Shown here piece by piece: positions 20,836 through 31,275 of a DNA stretch of 64,000 nucleotides (position 1 is its first letter; every line of letters starts with the position of its first letter). The notes below the pieces were generated by a model. That model did not search any database. It was given only the letters and a program-made list of their open reading frames with translations, and had not been told where the DNA came from. The translations under genes were made by a program, and so were the position numbers. Source of the stretch: Klebsiella pneumoniae (GTDB taxonomy: Bacteria; Pseudomonadota; Gammaproteobacteria; Burkholderiales; UBA3065); NCBI GenBank assembly GCA_945897555.1, contig CAMDGF010000002.1, positions 70,926 through 134,925 of the forward strand, in the 5' to 3' direction.

Positions 20836-22092
20836 GTGCCCGAAGTCAGCCGCATCGCCGCGGCCGCAGTCGCCGCGGTGGCGCAAGGCGCTTCGCTGGG
20901 GCAAGTGCTGCCGCAGGCCTTGTCCTCGCCCGGCTTGGGGGGCGGCCAGCGGGCGGCTGTTCAGGATGCCGTCTATGGCACTTTGCGCTGGGGCATGCGC
21001 ATCGACGCCATGCTCGGCTGCCTGCTGACGCGTTCGGATACCGCGCCGGGCCTGCGAGCTCTGCTGCAGGTCGGGCTCTACCGGCTGTTCTATGGCCGCC
21101 TGCCGGCACACACGGCGGTCAACCTGTTGGTCGAGGCGGCACCCCATACGCGCAAGGGGTTCGTCAATGCGGTGCTGCGCAATGCGCTGCGTCGCCGAGC
21201 GGAACTCGAGGCGCTGGCAGATGCCACGGTGGCGACCCGTCTCGCCTACCCGCAGTGGTGGGTCGATACCCTCGAGGATGCTTGGGGCGATGCTGCGATG
21301 GCAGCGCTCGCGTCCGGTAATGAGCATCCGCCGTTCACCCTCCGCGTCAACGTGCAGCGCATGGCGGTGTCCGACTACCTTGCCTGGCTGGATGACGCCG
21401 GCATTGCGGCGCGCCATCTGGGCGGCGAGGCGGTGCGGCTCGAGCAAGCCCTGTCGGTGGAGGAGGTGCCCGGCTTCCTCGATGGCCTCGTCTCGGTGCA
21501 GGACTGGGCGGCGCAGTGGTCGGCCGACCTTCTGGACGCGCGCCCGGGCCAGCGGGTTCTCGACGCCTGTGCTGCGCCGGGCGGCAAGGCTGCGCATCTG
21601 GCCGAGCGGATCGATCTCGATCTATTGGCCGTCGAAGCGGACGCGGTCCGCTTGCAGCGCGCGCTGGCGACCTTCGAGCGGCTCGGCTTGAACGTGCCCA
21701 GCCTTTGCGCCGATGCTGCACAGCCGGAAGGATGGTGGGACGGCCGCCCGTTCGACCGCATCCTCGCCGATCTGCCGTGCAGCGGTTCGGGCGTGGTGCG
21801 TCGCCACCCGGACATCAAATGGTTACGAAAACCGGGCGATCTGGCCGGATTCGCCGAGCAACAACGACGCATCCTCGACGCGCTCTGGCCGCTGCTCGCT
21901 CCGAGTGGTAGATTGCTGATGGTCACCTGCTCGATCTTTCCCGAGGAGAACCGGCAGCAGGCGCACGAATTTGCTCGCCGCCACGCCGATGCCCGTCCGG
22001 TGGCGCTCGACCACCCGGCGTTGCGCGACGGCCAGGCGCTGCCATCGCCAGACCATGACGGTTTCTTCTACGCTGCTTTCGACAAGACCTAG
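20836..22092 (+). CDS. rsmB: 16S rRNA (cytosine967-C5)-methyltransferase RsmB
   Basis: Contains VLDACAAPGGKAAHL, DLPCSGSGVVRRHPD and MVTCSIFPEEN. It follows fmt/htpX, as is common. Confidence 0.93.
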   Translation: MPEVSRIAAAAVAAVAQGASLGQVLPQALSSPGLGGGQRAAVQDAVYGTLRWGMRIDAMLGCLLTRSDTAPGLRALLQVGLYRLFYGRLPAHTAVNLLVEAAPHTRKGFVNAVLRNALRRRAELEALADATVATRLAYPQWWVDTLEDAWGDAAMAALASGNEHPPFTLRVNVQRMAVSDYLAWLDDAGIAARHLGGEAVRLEQALSVEEVPGFLDGLVSVQDWAAQWSADLLDARPGQRVLDACAAPGGKAAHLAERIDLDLLAVEADAVRLQRALATFERLGLNVPSLCADAAQPEGWWDGRPFDRILADLPCSGSGVVRRHPDIKWLRKPGDLAGFAEQQRRILDALWPLLAPSGRLLMVTCSIFPEENRQQAHEFARRHADARPVALDHPALRDGQALPSPDHDGFFYAAFDKT

Positions 22093-22723
22093 AGCGCTGC
22101 TGCCTGGCGACCCGTGCCGCCCGACGCTGTGGCGATGGTCGCTTCTGTTTGTGGCGCTGATGGCGACAGCCGCCGTGCAGGCTGCCGACCCGCCGCTGCA
22201 GGTGGTGCCTCAGGGCGCGGCCGTCGCAGTGGCTCCTGCTGCAGGCTTGGGTGGCACGGTGGCACCGCAGTTGCGCCGCGAGGATGGCCAGTGGGAACTC
22301 GGCGCAGACCTCGACCTGCAACTCAGCCCGAGTCTCGAGTCCGCGCTGCAGCGGGGGCTGCCACTCTATTTTACGCTGCGCCTGCTGGTGACGCGGCCGC
22401 GCTGGTACTGGCTGGACGCCGAGGTGATCGACCTGCAGCGTGACTACCGCGTGTCCTATCACGCCCTGACCCGGCAATACCGCGTTGCAGTGGGTGGCAT
22501 CGCGCTCAGCTATCCGAACTTGGCGGAGGCTCTGCGCGCGGTATCGAGCGTGCGCGGCTGGCCGGTCGCCGAAGCGGCACGCTTGCGCCCCTCCGAGCGC
22601 TACCGCGCGCGTCTCGAACTGCGGCTCGACGGCAGTCGCCTGCCCAAACCCTTGCAGATCACGGCGATCGGCCCGGGTGACTGGTCGAGCGAGGTCTCGG
22701 TGGAGTGGGAGTTCGCGCCTTGA
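22055..22723 (+). CDS. DUF4390-type periplasmic protein (start uncertain)
   Basis: Signal-like sequence WRWSLLFVALMATAAVQA. The body (LPLYFTLRLLVTRPRWYWLD...YRVSYHALTRQYRV) matches the family that sits between rsmB and ntrY-like kinases in betaproteobacteria (from memory). The only ATG overlaps the rsmB 3' end. Confidence 0.7.
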   Translation: MTVSSTLLSTRPRALLPGDPCRPTLWRWSLLFVALMATAAVQAADPPLQVVPQGAAVAVAPAAGLGGTVAPQLRREDGQWELGADLDLQLSPSLESALQRGLPLYFTLRLLVTRPRWYWLDAEVIDLQRDYRVSYHALTRQYRVAVGGIALSYPNLAEALRAVSSVRGWPVAEAARLRPSERYRARLELRLDGSRLPKPLQITAIGPGDWSSEVSVEWEFAP

Positions 22724-24861
22724 AGACGCTCTGGAGCCGCCGCCTCATCATCGGCGCGAGCCTCGCTGGCCTCATCTCACTCGCCCTGCTGCTCGCCGCG
22801 ACACGGAACACCGAGGCCTTGGCCGCTGGGCTGCCGTGGCTGGTCGGGCTCAATTCGGCCTTGCTGCTGCTGGTGGTATTGCTGGTGGCGATGCAGCTGC
22901 GAGACCTTTGGCAGCGACGCCGGTCGGGCGCCTTCGGCAGCCGTCTGATGACGCGCCTGGTACTGCTGTTCAGCTTGATGGCGGTGCTGCCCGGGGCCTT
23001 GGTGTATGGCGTGTCGGTCTACTTTCTGCGCAGCAGCATCGACAGCTGGTTCGATGTCCGAATCGAGCGCGCCATCGAGGGTGGTCTGAGCCTTGGCCGG
23101 GGTGCGGTGGACAAGCTCTTGGGCGATCTGCATCGACGTGGTGCCACGCTGGCCCTCGATCTGGCCGAATCGGCCCAGACCGAGCACTTCGATCGGCTGA
23201 GCGAGGTGGTCGATCGCACCACAGCGCGCGAGGCCATCCTCTACGACGCGCGCGGCGCGGTGCTCATGGTCGTCGGGGGACGCTTTCAGCAGCAGGTCGC
23301 GCCGAGCTTGCCGATCGCGCCGCTGCTCGGCAGCCTGCGCACGCAGCGCCAGTACGCCGGCGTGCAGACGGCAGACGACGGTACCCTGCTGCTGCGCAGC
23401 ATGTATTGGGTCACGCCTGCCCGGCCGGGCCAGGAGCCGCGCATCCTCGAGTTGCAGCAGCCGGTGCCGGCGGAGATCGCGGCTGAGGCCGAGAAGGTGG
23501 AGACCGGCTGGGCCGAGTATCAGTCGCTCACCTTGGCGCGTGGCAGCCTGAAGCGTCTGTTCCTGCTGTCGCTGACGCTGGCGCTGGGGCTCGCTGGGAT
23601 GATCGCTGTGGCCATCGGCATCTATCTTGCCGACCGTCTGAGTACGCCCTTGGCGCAGTTGGGTCTTGGCACCGCAGCGGTGGCTGAGGGCGACCTGACC
23701 GTGCAATTGCGGGCGCACGGCCGCGACGAGCTCGGCCGCCTCGCCGGCGCCTTCAACCGCATGACGCAGCAATTGCGTGAGGCGCGCGCGGACCTCATCG
23801 ATCAGCAGGCGACGCTCTCGGCGACCAACGCCTACCTGCAGGCGCTGCTGGAGAACCTCTCCTCGGGCGTGCTGGTGTTTGGTCGCGAGGGAGACTTGCG
23901 TTCGAGCAATGCACTGGCAGCCGAACGACTCGGGCTCGCCGGGGCCGGCACTGCCGAGCTTGATGCGGCGCTCCGCGGTCCGGGCGTCATCGGTGTGGCG
24001 GCGCTGGGCGTCGCACTGCGCGCACAGATCGCTGGCGCGGCCGGCCATTGGACGCTTGAGCACCGGCTTGGCGGGCGGCAGGGCGAGCGCATCCTGCTGT
24101 TGCGTGGCAGCCCGCTGGAGGATGTCGCCGAGGGCGGGCACGTGGTCGTCTTTGATGACATCACCGACGTGGTGCAGGCTCAGCGCGACATGGCGTGGGC
24201 GGAGGTCGCGCGCCGTCTTGCCCACGAGATCAAGAACCCGCTGATGCCGATCCGCCTGTCGGCCGAGCGGCTGGAGCACAAACTGGCGGCGCGACTGACA
24301 CCGGCAGATGCCCAGGTGCTGCACCGTGCCACCGCCACCATCATCAATCAGGTCGATGCGATGAAAGCGATGGTGCGCGATTTCGCCGACTTTGCCCGAC
24401 CGGTGGTGGCGCAACCGCCGGAGGCGGTCGATCTGGCGGCGCTCACCGACGAGGTTCTGGGTCTCTACGGCGAGCTTGAGCCCATCCTCGAGCGGCGCAT
24501 CGAGCCAGGCCTGCCGAGCCTCGCGGGCCACCCGACGCAGTTGCGGCAGGTCCTGCACAATGTCCTCAGCAATGCCAAGGATGCGCTCGAGGGCCAGACG
24601 GCCCCGCGCCTGCGGCTCGAGTTGCGGCAAGCCGAAGCTGGCATCGAGCTGTGCCTGACCGACAATGGCGTGGGTTTCCCCGAGGCGCTCATCACCCGTG
24701 CCTTCGAGCCTTACACCACGACCAAGGAGAAGGGCACTGGCCTTGGCCTCGCCATCGTGCGCAAGCTGGTCGAGTCGCATGGTGGCCGGGTGAGCATCGC
24801 CAATGTCGAGCCGCAGGGTGCCTGTGTGCGCATCTACCTGCCTTCTGGAGTCACTGCATGA
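22705..24861 (+). CDS. NtrY-like sensor histidine kinase (TM-HAMP-PAS-HisKA-HATPase)
   Basis: H-box RLAHEIKNPLMPIRLSAERL, N-box QVLHNVLSNAKDA, and G boxes LTDNGVGFP and GTGLGLAIV. TM helices are present at the N-terminus. Confidence 0.9.
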   Translation: MGVRALKTLWSRRLIIGASLAGLISLALLLAATRNTEALAAGLPWLVGLNSALLLLVVLLVAMQLRDLWQRRRSGAFGSRLMTRLVLLFSLMAVLPGALVYGVSVYFLRSSIDSWFDVRIERAIEGGLSLGRGAVDKLLGDLHRRGATLALDLAESAQTEHFDRLSEVVDRTTAREAILYDARGAVLMVVGGRFQQQVAPSLPIAPLLGSLRTQRQYAGVQTADDGTLLLRSMYWVTPARPGQEPRILELQQPVPAEIAAEAEKVETGWAEYQSLTLARGSLKRLFLLSLTLALGLAGMIAVAIGIYLADRLSTPLAQLGLGTAAVAEGDLTVQLRAHGRDELGRLAGAFNRMTQQLREARADLIDQQATLSATNAYLQALLENLSSGVLVFGREGDLRSSNALAAERLGLAGAGTAELDAALRGPGVIGVAALGVALRAQIAGAAGHWTLEHRLGGRQGERILLLRGSPLEDVAEGGHVVVFDDITDVVQAQRDMAWAEVARRLAHEIKNPLMPIRLSAERLEHKLAARLTPADAQVLHRATATIINQVDAMKAMVRDFADFARPVVAQPPEAVDLAALTDEVLGLYGELEPILERRIEPGLPSLAGHPTQLRQVLHNVLSNAKDALEGQTAPRLRLELRQAEAGIELCLTDNGVGFPEALITRAFEPYTTTKEKGTGLGLAIVRKLVESHGGRVSIANVEPQGACVRIYLPSGVTA

Positions 24862-26114
24862 ACCATCAGATCCTCGTGGTGGACGACGAGTCCGGTATCC
24901 GCGAGTTACTCGCCGACATCCTCGCCGACGAAGGCTACTCAGTGATGCTTGCCGCCAACGCCACCGAGGCGCGGGCGTTACGCGCGGCGATCCGCCCCGA
25001 CCTCGTCCTGCTCGACATCTGGATGCCGGACACCGATGGCGTGACGCTGCTCAAGGAATGGGCGCGCGGCGGCCTGCTCGACATGCCGGTGGTGATGATG
25101 TCCGGGCACGCCACCATCGATACCGCGGTCGAGGCGACGCGCGTCGGTGCGGCCGATTTCCTCGAAAAGCCGGTGGCATTGGCGCGGCTGCTGGAGACCG
25201 TGCGGCGGCACCTGCCGGTCGAAGACGCGGCCAGTGGCGATGACTTGCTGGGTGCGCTGTGTCGCATATCGCCCCCTTTCGAACGTGCGCGGGTGGCTGC
25301 AGAGGGGCTGTTGGCGCGTGGTCAGCCCCTCTTTTTGGTGGGGTCGGCGGGCGCCGGGTTCGAACTCTTTCTGCCCATGTTGCGGCGACCGGGTGGCCCC
25401 TGGGTGTCGGTCGAGCGTGCGTCGCAATTGGCTGATTCGCCGGGTGAACTGGTTGAACGGGCCGCTGGAGGCACACTCTGGCTGGCCGATCTGGTGCCGC
25501 TCTCCCGTATCGAGGCGCGCGGTCTGGCGATCGTGGCTGGCCGGCGCGTACAGACCGGTTTTAGGCTGGCGGTCGGCTGCTCGGCCGACCCCTCACGCCT
25601 GCTCGCCGACGGGCGCATCGAGCCCGGCTTGTTCGCGCTGCTCGGGCCGGGGCGGGTCGATCTGCCGCACCTGCACGACCCGGGCCACGATGCCGCCGCC
25701 ATCGCCGCCTGCCTCCTGACGCATCTGGCGCCCGAGGCCGACGCACTGCACGACGCGGTGCGCCATGCCATCACCGAGCGTCGGCTGCCCGGTGACTTCG
25801 TGGAGTTGCGTGCCCTGCTCGAGCAGGTGCGCGTGCTGGGCGTGGACGCGGTCGACTGGACGCGCCAAGGGGTGCCGGCCGATGGTCCGGCGCCTGCCGT
25901 CAGCGCCCCCGTTGCGGTCGCCGTCGCATCGCTGGAAGGCCCTGGTGGATGGTTCGATGCGCCTTTGCGCGAGGCGCGAGACGCCTTCGAGAAAGCCTAT
26001 TTCGAGCATCATCTGGAGCGGCTGGGGGGTCAGGTCGCTGCCTTGGCCGACTATGTCGGGCTGGAACGGACACATCTCTACCGCAAGCTCAAGCAGCTTG
26101 GCATCCGCGGCTAG
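24858..26114 (+). CDS. NtrX-like response regulator: receiver + degenerate AAA+ domain + Fis-type HTH
   Basis: The start ATG overlaps the kinase stop (ATGA). Receiver motifs are ILVVDDESGIR and LVLLDIWMPDTDG. The central domain aligns to NtrC-type ATPases but reads LVGSAGAGFE at Walker A and GGTLWLADL at Walker B. The C-terminal HTH reads VAALADYVGLERTHLYRKLKQLGI. Confidence 0.88.
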   Translation: MNHQILVVDDESGIRELLADILADEGYSVMLAANATEARALRAAIRPDLVLLDIWMPDTDGVTLLKEWARGGLLDMPVVMMSGHATIDTAVEATRVGAADFLEKPVALARLLETVRRHLPVEDAASGDDLLGALCRISPPFERARVAAEGLLARGQPLFLVGSAGAGFELFLPMLRRPGGPWVSVERASQLADSPGELVERAAGGTLWLADLVPLSRIEARGLAIVAGRRVQTGFRLAVGCSADPSRLLADGRIEPGLFALLGPGRVDLPHLHDPGHDAAAIAACLLTHLAPEADALHDAVRHAITERRLPGDFVELRALLEQVRVLGVDAVDWTRQGVPADGPAPAVSAPVAVAVASLEGPGGWFDAPLREARDAFEKAYFEHHLERLGGQVAALADYVGLERTHLYRKLKQLGIRG

Positions 26115-26890
26115 AAGTCGCCCCAGAGCGTCTGCATCGCTGCCAGCGCTGTCATCGCGGCGGTCTCAGTGCGCAGCACGCGCGGGCCGAGGCGTACCGG
26201 CAAGAAGCCGGCCTCGACCGCCAGGGCGCGTTCCTCTTCGCTGAAGCCACCCTCGGGCCCGGCTAGCAGAAAGCCGGTCGTGCCCTGGGTGGGCGGTGGC
26301 AGCTCGGCCAAGCGCTGACCGTCGCGTGCGCACAGCAGCCACTTCGGCGCATCTGGGGGCAGGCTCGCCAGCCAGTCGCGCAGAGGCCGGACCGAGCTCA
26401 CGCTCGGCACCGTGCTGCGTCGGCATTGCTCGCAGGCGGCGATGGCGATGCGTTGCCAGTGCTCGCGGCGCCGATCGGCGCGATCGCCGCTGAGCTTCAC
26501 CACTGCGCGGGCGGTGGCGAGCGGCGCGATGCCGCTGACGCCGAGTTCGACCGCCTTCTGTACGGTGATGTCCATGCGATCGCCGCTGGAGAGGCCTTGG
26601 CCGAGTACCACGCGCAGCGGCGATTCGCGGTCGTCATCGATGGCGTCGACGATGTCTGCTGTAGCCGGCCCACTGTGGCTCAAGCGCAGTCTTGCCAGCC
26701 ACGCCGGCCCGCTGCCATCGAACAAGGACAGCATCGCACCGTCGGCGAGGCGCAGGACGCGGCCGAGGTGATGGGCGAGTTCGCGCGGGAGTTCGACCTG
26801 GGTGCCAGGCCCGAGGCAAGCCCCGACGTGGCAGTGTGCAGCGACCCCGGTCGCCTTCGCGGCCCTTATGAAGCCCTTGTCAGATGCCAT
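26111..26890 (-). CDS. rsmE: 16S rRNA (uracil1498-N3)-methyltransferase RsmE
   Basis: Contains DDRESPLRVVLGQGLSSGDRMDITVQKAVELGV, WQRIAIAACEQCRRS, GPEGGFSEEE and LGPRVLRTETAA. It was trimmed to the ATG at 26890, which is the only start codon near the expected N-terminus. Confidence 0.92.
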   Translation of the reverse strand: MASDKGFIRAAKATGVAAHCHVGACLGPGTQVELPRELAHHLGRVLRLADGAMLSLFDGSGPAWLARLRLSHSGPATADIVDAIDDDRESPLRVVLGQGLSSGDRMDITVQKAVELGVSGIAPLATARAVVKLSGDRADRRREHWQRIAIAACEQCRRSTVPSVSSVRPLRDWLASLPPDAPKWLLCARDGQRLAELPPPTQGTTGFLLAGPEGGFSEEERALAVEAGFLPVRLGPRVLRTETAAMTALAAMQTLWGDF

Positions 26891-26972
26891 CTCCGCTCCC
26901 CTCGGGCGCACTGCTGCGCCCGCCGCGCGATGATGCCATGCGTGATCGAAGCCGTTGCGGCGCGCATCCGCC

Positions 26973-27001
26973 TTGTCCAGCATCGGCCCCTGCGCGATAA
27001 T
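26973..27001 (+). promoter_or_regulatory. candidate sigma-70 promoter of the tkt-gap-pgk-pyk-fba cluster (TTGTCC-N17-GATAAT)
   Basis: The hexamers at 26973-26978 and 26996-27001 have a 17-nt spacer and lie 40 nt upstream of the tkt ATG. Confidence 0.35.
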
Positions 27002-27041
27002 CCGGGCCTTTGACGCGCCCTCGCGGGCGGCCCCGCGATTC

Positions 27042-29054
27042 ATGCCTACCACCTCCCAGCTCAGCAACGCCATCCGCGCCCTCGCCATGGACGCGGTTCA
27101 GCAGGCCAATTCCGGACATCCGGGCGCCCCGATGGGCATGGCCGACATCGCCGAAGTCCTCTGGCGCCGCCATCTCAAGCACAACCCAGCCGACCCGCAT
27201 TGGTTCGATCGCGACCGCTTCGTGCTGTCGAACGGTCATGGGTCGATGTTGCTCTACGCACTGCTGCATCTGACCGGTTACGACCTTTCGATCGACGACC
27301 TCAAGCAGTTCCGCCAGCTTCACGCACGCACGCCGGGGCACCCGGAATATGGGTACGCGCCAGGTGTCGAGACCACCACGGGCCCGCTCGGTCAGGGGCT
27401 CGCCAATGCGGTGGGCATGGCCATGGCCGAGAAGCGCCTCGCCGAGACGTTCAACCGGCCGGGCCATACAGTGGTCGACCACCACACCTATGTGTTCGCG
27501 GGCGACGGCTGCCTGATGGAGGGCGTGAGTCATGAGGCCTGTTCGTTGGCCGGTACGCTGGGTCTAGGCAAGCTCATCGTCTTCTACGACGACAACGGCA
27601 TCTCGATCGACGGGCATGTCGAGCACTGGTTCGGCGACGACACGCCGGCGCGCTTCGAGGCCTACGGTTGGCAGGTCATCCGCGCCGTCGACGGCCACGA
27701 TGCCGCTGCCATCCAGATCGCGCTGCAGGCCGCGCGCGCCGAGACCGCCAAGCCGACCCTGATCTGCTGCCGTACTGTCATCGGCAAAGGTTCACCGAAC
27801 AAGGCTGGCACCCACGACGTGCACGGTGCGCCGCTCGGGGCCGAAGAGATCGCCGCGACACGCGCTGCACTGGGTTGGGCCCACGGCCCGTTCGAGATCC
27901 CCGCCGACATCCGCGCCGAGTGGGACCGTCGCGCCCCTGGCGCAGTTGCCCAGCAAGCGTGGGACGCCCGCTTGGCTGCCTATGCCGATGCGCACCCGGA
28001 CCTTGCTGCCGAGCTCAGCCGGCGCGCCAAGGGCGAGCTGCCTGCCAACTGGGCCGAGACCGTGTCCGCGCTGTATGCCAAGACCCGCGAGCAGGCGCAG
28101 ACGGTGGCCACCCGCAAGGCCTCGCAATTGGCCATCACCGGCCTCGCGCCGGTGCTGCCCGAGTTCGTTGGGGGCTCGGCCGACCTCACCGGGTCCAATC
28201 TCACCAACTGGCCGGCCTGCTCGGCGTGGCGCCACGCCGCCACCGGCAGCCACGTGAACTGGGGTGTGCGCGAGTTCGGCATGAGTGCCGCACTCAACGG
28301 CATGGCGCTGCATGGCGGCTTCATCCCCTTCGGTGGCACCTTCCTGGTGTTCTCCGACTACGCCCGCAATGCCGTTCGCATGGCGGCGCTGATGAAGCAG
28401 CGCGTGATCTTTGTCTACACGCATGATTCGATCGGGCTTGGCGAGGACGGCCCCACACACCAGCCGGTCGAGCACCTGGCGAGCCTGCGCCTGATCCCGC
28501 GCATGGACGTCTGGCGCCCCTGCGACACGCTGGAATCGGCGGTGGCTTGGGTGGCCGCGGTTGAGCGCAACGACGGCCCGAGCAGCCTTGTCTTCAGTCG
28601 ACAGAACCTGCCCTTCGTCAGCGGCAGCATCGACCCGTCGCACATCCGCAAGGGCGGCTATGTGCTGGCCGAGAGCGGTATCGGCCGGCTCGATGTGGTG
28701 CTCATTGCCACCGGCTCCGAGGTCGAGTTGGCGGTCAAGGCGCGCGAGGCGCTGGCCGCGGCCGGCATCGGCGCTCGCGTGGTCTCGATGCCCTGCTGCG
28801 ACGTCTTCGATCGCCAGCCACCGGCATGGCGCAGCGAGGTGCTGCCCGCCGGCATCCCGCGCATTGCCATCGAAGCGGGCGTGACCGACGGCTGGCGCAA
28901 GTACGTCGGCCTCGAAGGCGCCGTGGTGGGTCTCGACACCTTTGGCGAATCGGCGCCCGCGAGTGCCCTGTTCAAGCATTTCGGCTTTACGGTGGACAAC
29001 GTGGTCGCTACCGCGCGCACGCTGTTGACCCATCACATCAAGCAAGAGGACTGA
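27042..29054 (+). CDS. tkt: transketolase
   Basis: N-terminus [34 protein letters not shown], plus [20 protein letters not shown]. It was trimmed from ORF 26955. Confidence 0.97.
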   Translation: MPTTSQLSNAIRALAMDAVQQANSGHPGAPMGMADIAEVLWRRHLKHNPADPHWFDRDRFVLSNGHGSMLLYALLHLTGYDLSIDDLKQFRQLHARTPGHPEYGYAPGVETTTGPLGQGLANAVGMAMAEKRLAETFNRPGHTVVDHHTYVFAGDGCLMEGVSHEACSLAGTLGLGKLIVFYDDNGISIDGHVEHWFGDDTPARFEAYGWQVIRAVDGHDAAAIQIALQAARAETAKPTLICCRTVIGKGSPNKAGTHDVHGAPLGAEEIAATRAALGWAHGPFEIPADIRAEWDRRAPGAVAQQAWDARLAAYADAHPDLAAELSRRAKGELPANWAETVSALYAKTREQAQTVATRKASQLAITGLAPVLPEFVGGSADLTGSNLTNWPACSAWRHAATGSHVNWGVREFGMSAALNGMALHGGFIPFGGTFLVFSDYARNAVRMAALMKQRVIFVYTHDSIGLGEDGPTHQPVEHLASLRLIPRMDVWRPCDTLESAVAWVAAVERNDGPSSLVFSRQNLPFVSGSIDPSHIRKGGYVLAESGIGRLDVVLIATGSEVELAVKAREALAAAGIGARVVSMPCCDVFDRQPPAWRSEVLPAGIPRIAIEAGVTDGWRKYVGLEGAVVGLDTFGESAPASALFKHFGFTVDNVVATARTLLTHHIKQED

Positions 29055-29059
29055 GACCC

Positions 29060-30070
29060 ATGGCGATCCGTGTCGCGATCAATGGCTACGGCCGCATCGG
29101 CCGCAATGTTCTGCGCGCACTCTTTGAATCCGGGCGGCGCGATGTACAGATCATCGCCATCAACGACCTCGGCGACGCTGCCACCAACGCGCACCTGACC
29201 CAGTACGACACCGCGCACGGCCGCTTTCCGGGCACGGTGACGGCCGCCGAAGGCGAGATGCGGGTCAACGGCGAGCGCATCGCCTGCTTCGCTGAGCGTG
29301 ACCCCACCCGGCTACCCTGGGGCGACCTCGGCATCGACGTTGTGATGGAGTGCACCGGCATCTTTCGCACCAAATCGCGCTGCCAGCCGCATCTGGATGC
29401 GGGTGCGCACAAGGTGATCATCTCGGCACCAGCCGACAAGAACGAGGCCGACGCGACCATCGTCTACGGCGTCAACCACGACACCCTGCGTGCCAGCCAC
29501 ACCGTCATCTCCAACGCCAGTTGCACCACCAACTGTCTGGCGCCAGTCGCAGCCCCTTTGCACCGCGAGATCGGCATCGTCAACGGGCTGATGACCACGG
29601 TGCATGCCTACACCAACGATCAGGTGCTGTCCGATGTCTACCACTCGGACCTCTACCGCGCCCGTGCCGCCGCGCACAACATGATCCCGACCAAGACCGG
29701 CGCAGCGCAGGCTGTAGGGCTGGTCCTGCCCGAACTCGATGGCCGGCTCGACGGCTTTGCCATCCGCGTGCCCACTCTCAATGTCTCGGTGGTCGACCTG
29801 ACCTTTGCGGCCGCACGCGACACCAGCGCCGAGGAGGTCAACGCGATCATTCGCGCGGCCAGCGAGGGGCCACTCAAGGGGGTGCTTGGCTACAACACCC
29901 TGCCGCTGGTCTCGTCCGATTTCAACCACAACCCGGCTTCGAGCACGTTTGATGCCTCCCAGACCAAGGTGAATGGCCGCTTGGTCAAGGTGCTGTCGTG
30001 GTACGACAACGAGTGGGGCTTCTCCAACCGCATGCTCGACACCGCCGTCGCGCTGATGAACGCCCAATGA
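29060..30070 (+). CDS. gap: glyceraldehyde-3-phosphate dehydrogenase
   Basis: N-terminus [20 protein letters not shown] and active site [12 protein letters not shown]. It was trimmed from ORF 28826. Confidence 0.97.
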   Translation: MAIRVAINGYGRIGRNVLRALFESGRRDVQIIAINDLGDAATNAHLTQYDTAHGRFPGTVTAAEGEMRVNGERIACFAERDPTRLPWGDLGIDVVMECTGIFRTKSRCQPHLDAGAHKVIISAPADKNEADATIVYGVNHDTLRASHTVISNASCTTNCLAPVAAPLHREIGIVNGLMTTVHAYTNDQVLSDVYHSDLYRARAAAHNMIPTKTGAAQAVGLVLPELDGRLDGFAIRVPTLNVSVVDLTFAAARDTSAEEVNAIIRAASEGPLKGVLGYNTLPLVSSDFNHNPASSTFDASQTKVNGRLVKVLSWYDNEWGFSNRMLDTAVALMNAQ

Positions 30071-30080
30071 GGCTGCAGCA

Positions 30081-31262
30081 GTGACCGTCTTTCGTCGCAT
30101 GAGTGAGGTCGCGCTGGCGGGCCGACGCGTCTTCATCCGCGCCGACCTCAACGTGCCGCAGAGTGAGGCCGGCGCGATCACCGACGACACGCGCATCCGC
30201 GCGTCGATGCCAGCGGTGAGGTACGCACTCGAGGCGGGCGCCGCGGTGATGGTCACCTCGCATCTGGGCCGCCCGTCCGAGGGCGCGTTCAAGCCGGAAG
30301 ACAGTCTGGCGCCAGTCGCTGCGCGCATGGCCGAGTTGCTCGGCCGCCCCGTGCGGCTGGTGGCCGATTGGGTGGACGGCGTTCAGGTGGCGCTGGGCGA
30401 GGTGGTGCTGCTCGAGAACTGCCGCCTCAACAAGGGTGAAAAGAAGAACAGCGACGAGCTGGCGCAGAAGATGGCCACGCTGTGCGACGTCTACGTCAAC
30501 GATGCGTTCGGCACCGCTCACCGCGCCGAGGCCACCACCCACGGTATCGCGAAGTACGCCAAGGTCGCCTGTGCCGGCCCGCTGCTCGCTGCCGAACTCG
30601 ACGCACTCGGCCGCGCGCTGCAGCAACCGGCGCGTCCGCTGTTGGCGGTGGTGGCCGGGAGCAAGGTCTCGACCAAGCTCACCATCCTTGAGTCGCTGGC
30701 TGGCAAGGTCGACCAGCTCATCGTCGGTGGCGGTATCGCCAACACCTTTCTCAAGGCTTCTGGCCTGCCGATCGGCAAGTCGCTTTGCGAGGACGACCTG
30801 CTCGATGAGGCGCGGCGGCTGATGGCCGCGGCCAAGGCTCGCGGCGCAGACATCCCGCTGCCGACCGACGTGGTGGTGGGCAAGCGTTTTGCCGCCGACG
30901 AACCGGGTGTGGTCAAGCCGGTGGCCGATGTGGCCGATGACGACATGATCTTCGACATCGGCCCCGACACGGCTCGCACCTACAGCGCCACCCTTGCAGC
31001 GGCGGGCACGGTGGTGTGGAACGGCCCGGTCGGTGTCTTCGAGTTCGAGGCATTCGCGGGCGGTACCGAGGCGCTCGGTCGAGCCATCGCCGCAAGCAAT
31101 GCCTTCAGCATCGCCGGTGGCGGCGATACCCTCGCGGCCATCGCCAAATACGGCCTCGAAGCCGACATCTCCTACATCTCCACCGGCGGCGGCGCCTTCC
31201 TCGAGTTTCTTGAGGGCAAGACGCTCCCGGCGGTGGCCATCCTCGCCGAGCGCGCCGCCTGA
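30081..31262 (+). CDS. pgk: phosphoglycerate kinase
   Basis: Contains [15 protein letters not shown] and [11 protein letters not shown]. The start codon is GTG. Confidence 0.96.
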   Translation: MTVFRRMSEVALAGRRVFIRADLNVPQSEAGAITDDTRIRASMPAVRYALEAGAAVMVTSHLGRPSEGAFKPEDSLAPVAARMAELLGRPVRLVADWVDGVQVALGEVVLLENCRLNKGEKKNSDELAQKMATLCDVYVNDAFGTAHRAEATTHGIAKYAKVACAGPLLAAELDALGRALQQPARPLLAVVAGSKVSTKLTILESLAGKVDQLIVGGGIANTFLKASGLPIGKSLCEDDLLDEARRLMAAAKARGADIPLPTDVVVGKRFAADEPGVVKPVADVADDDMIFDIGPDTARTYSATLAAAGTVVWNGPVGVFEFEAFAGGTEALGRAIAASNAFSIAGGGDTLAAIAKYGLEADISYISTGGGAFLEFLEGKTLPAVAILAERAA

Positions 31263-31275
31263 GTCCGGGAATCCG

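Noticed and set aside
19570-24780. Long minus-strand ORFs 19570..21597 (675 aa) and 22777..24780 (667 aa)
   Set aside because: They are antisense to htpX/rsmB and to the NtrY-like kinase. They have no recognisable domains and a biased Arg/Gly/Ala/His composition. They are high-GC frame artefacts.
24651-24857. Upstream extension of the response-regulator ORF (487 aa as listed)
   Set aside because: The extension overlaps the kinase HATPase domain in another frame and encodes W/R/H-rich nonsense. The receiver domain begins at the ATG at 24858, which forms an ATGA overlap with the kinase stop.
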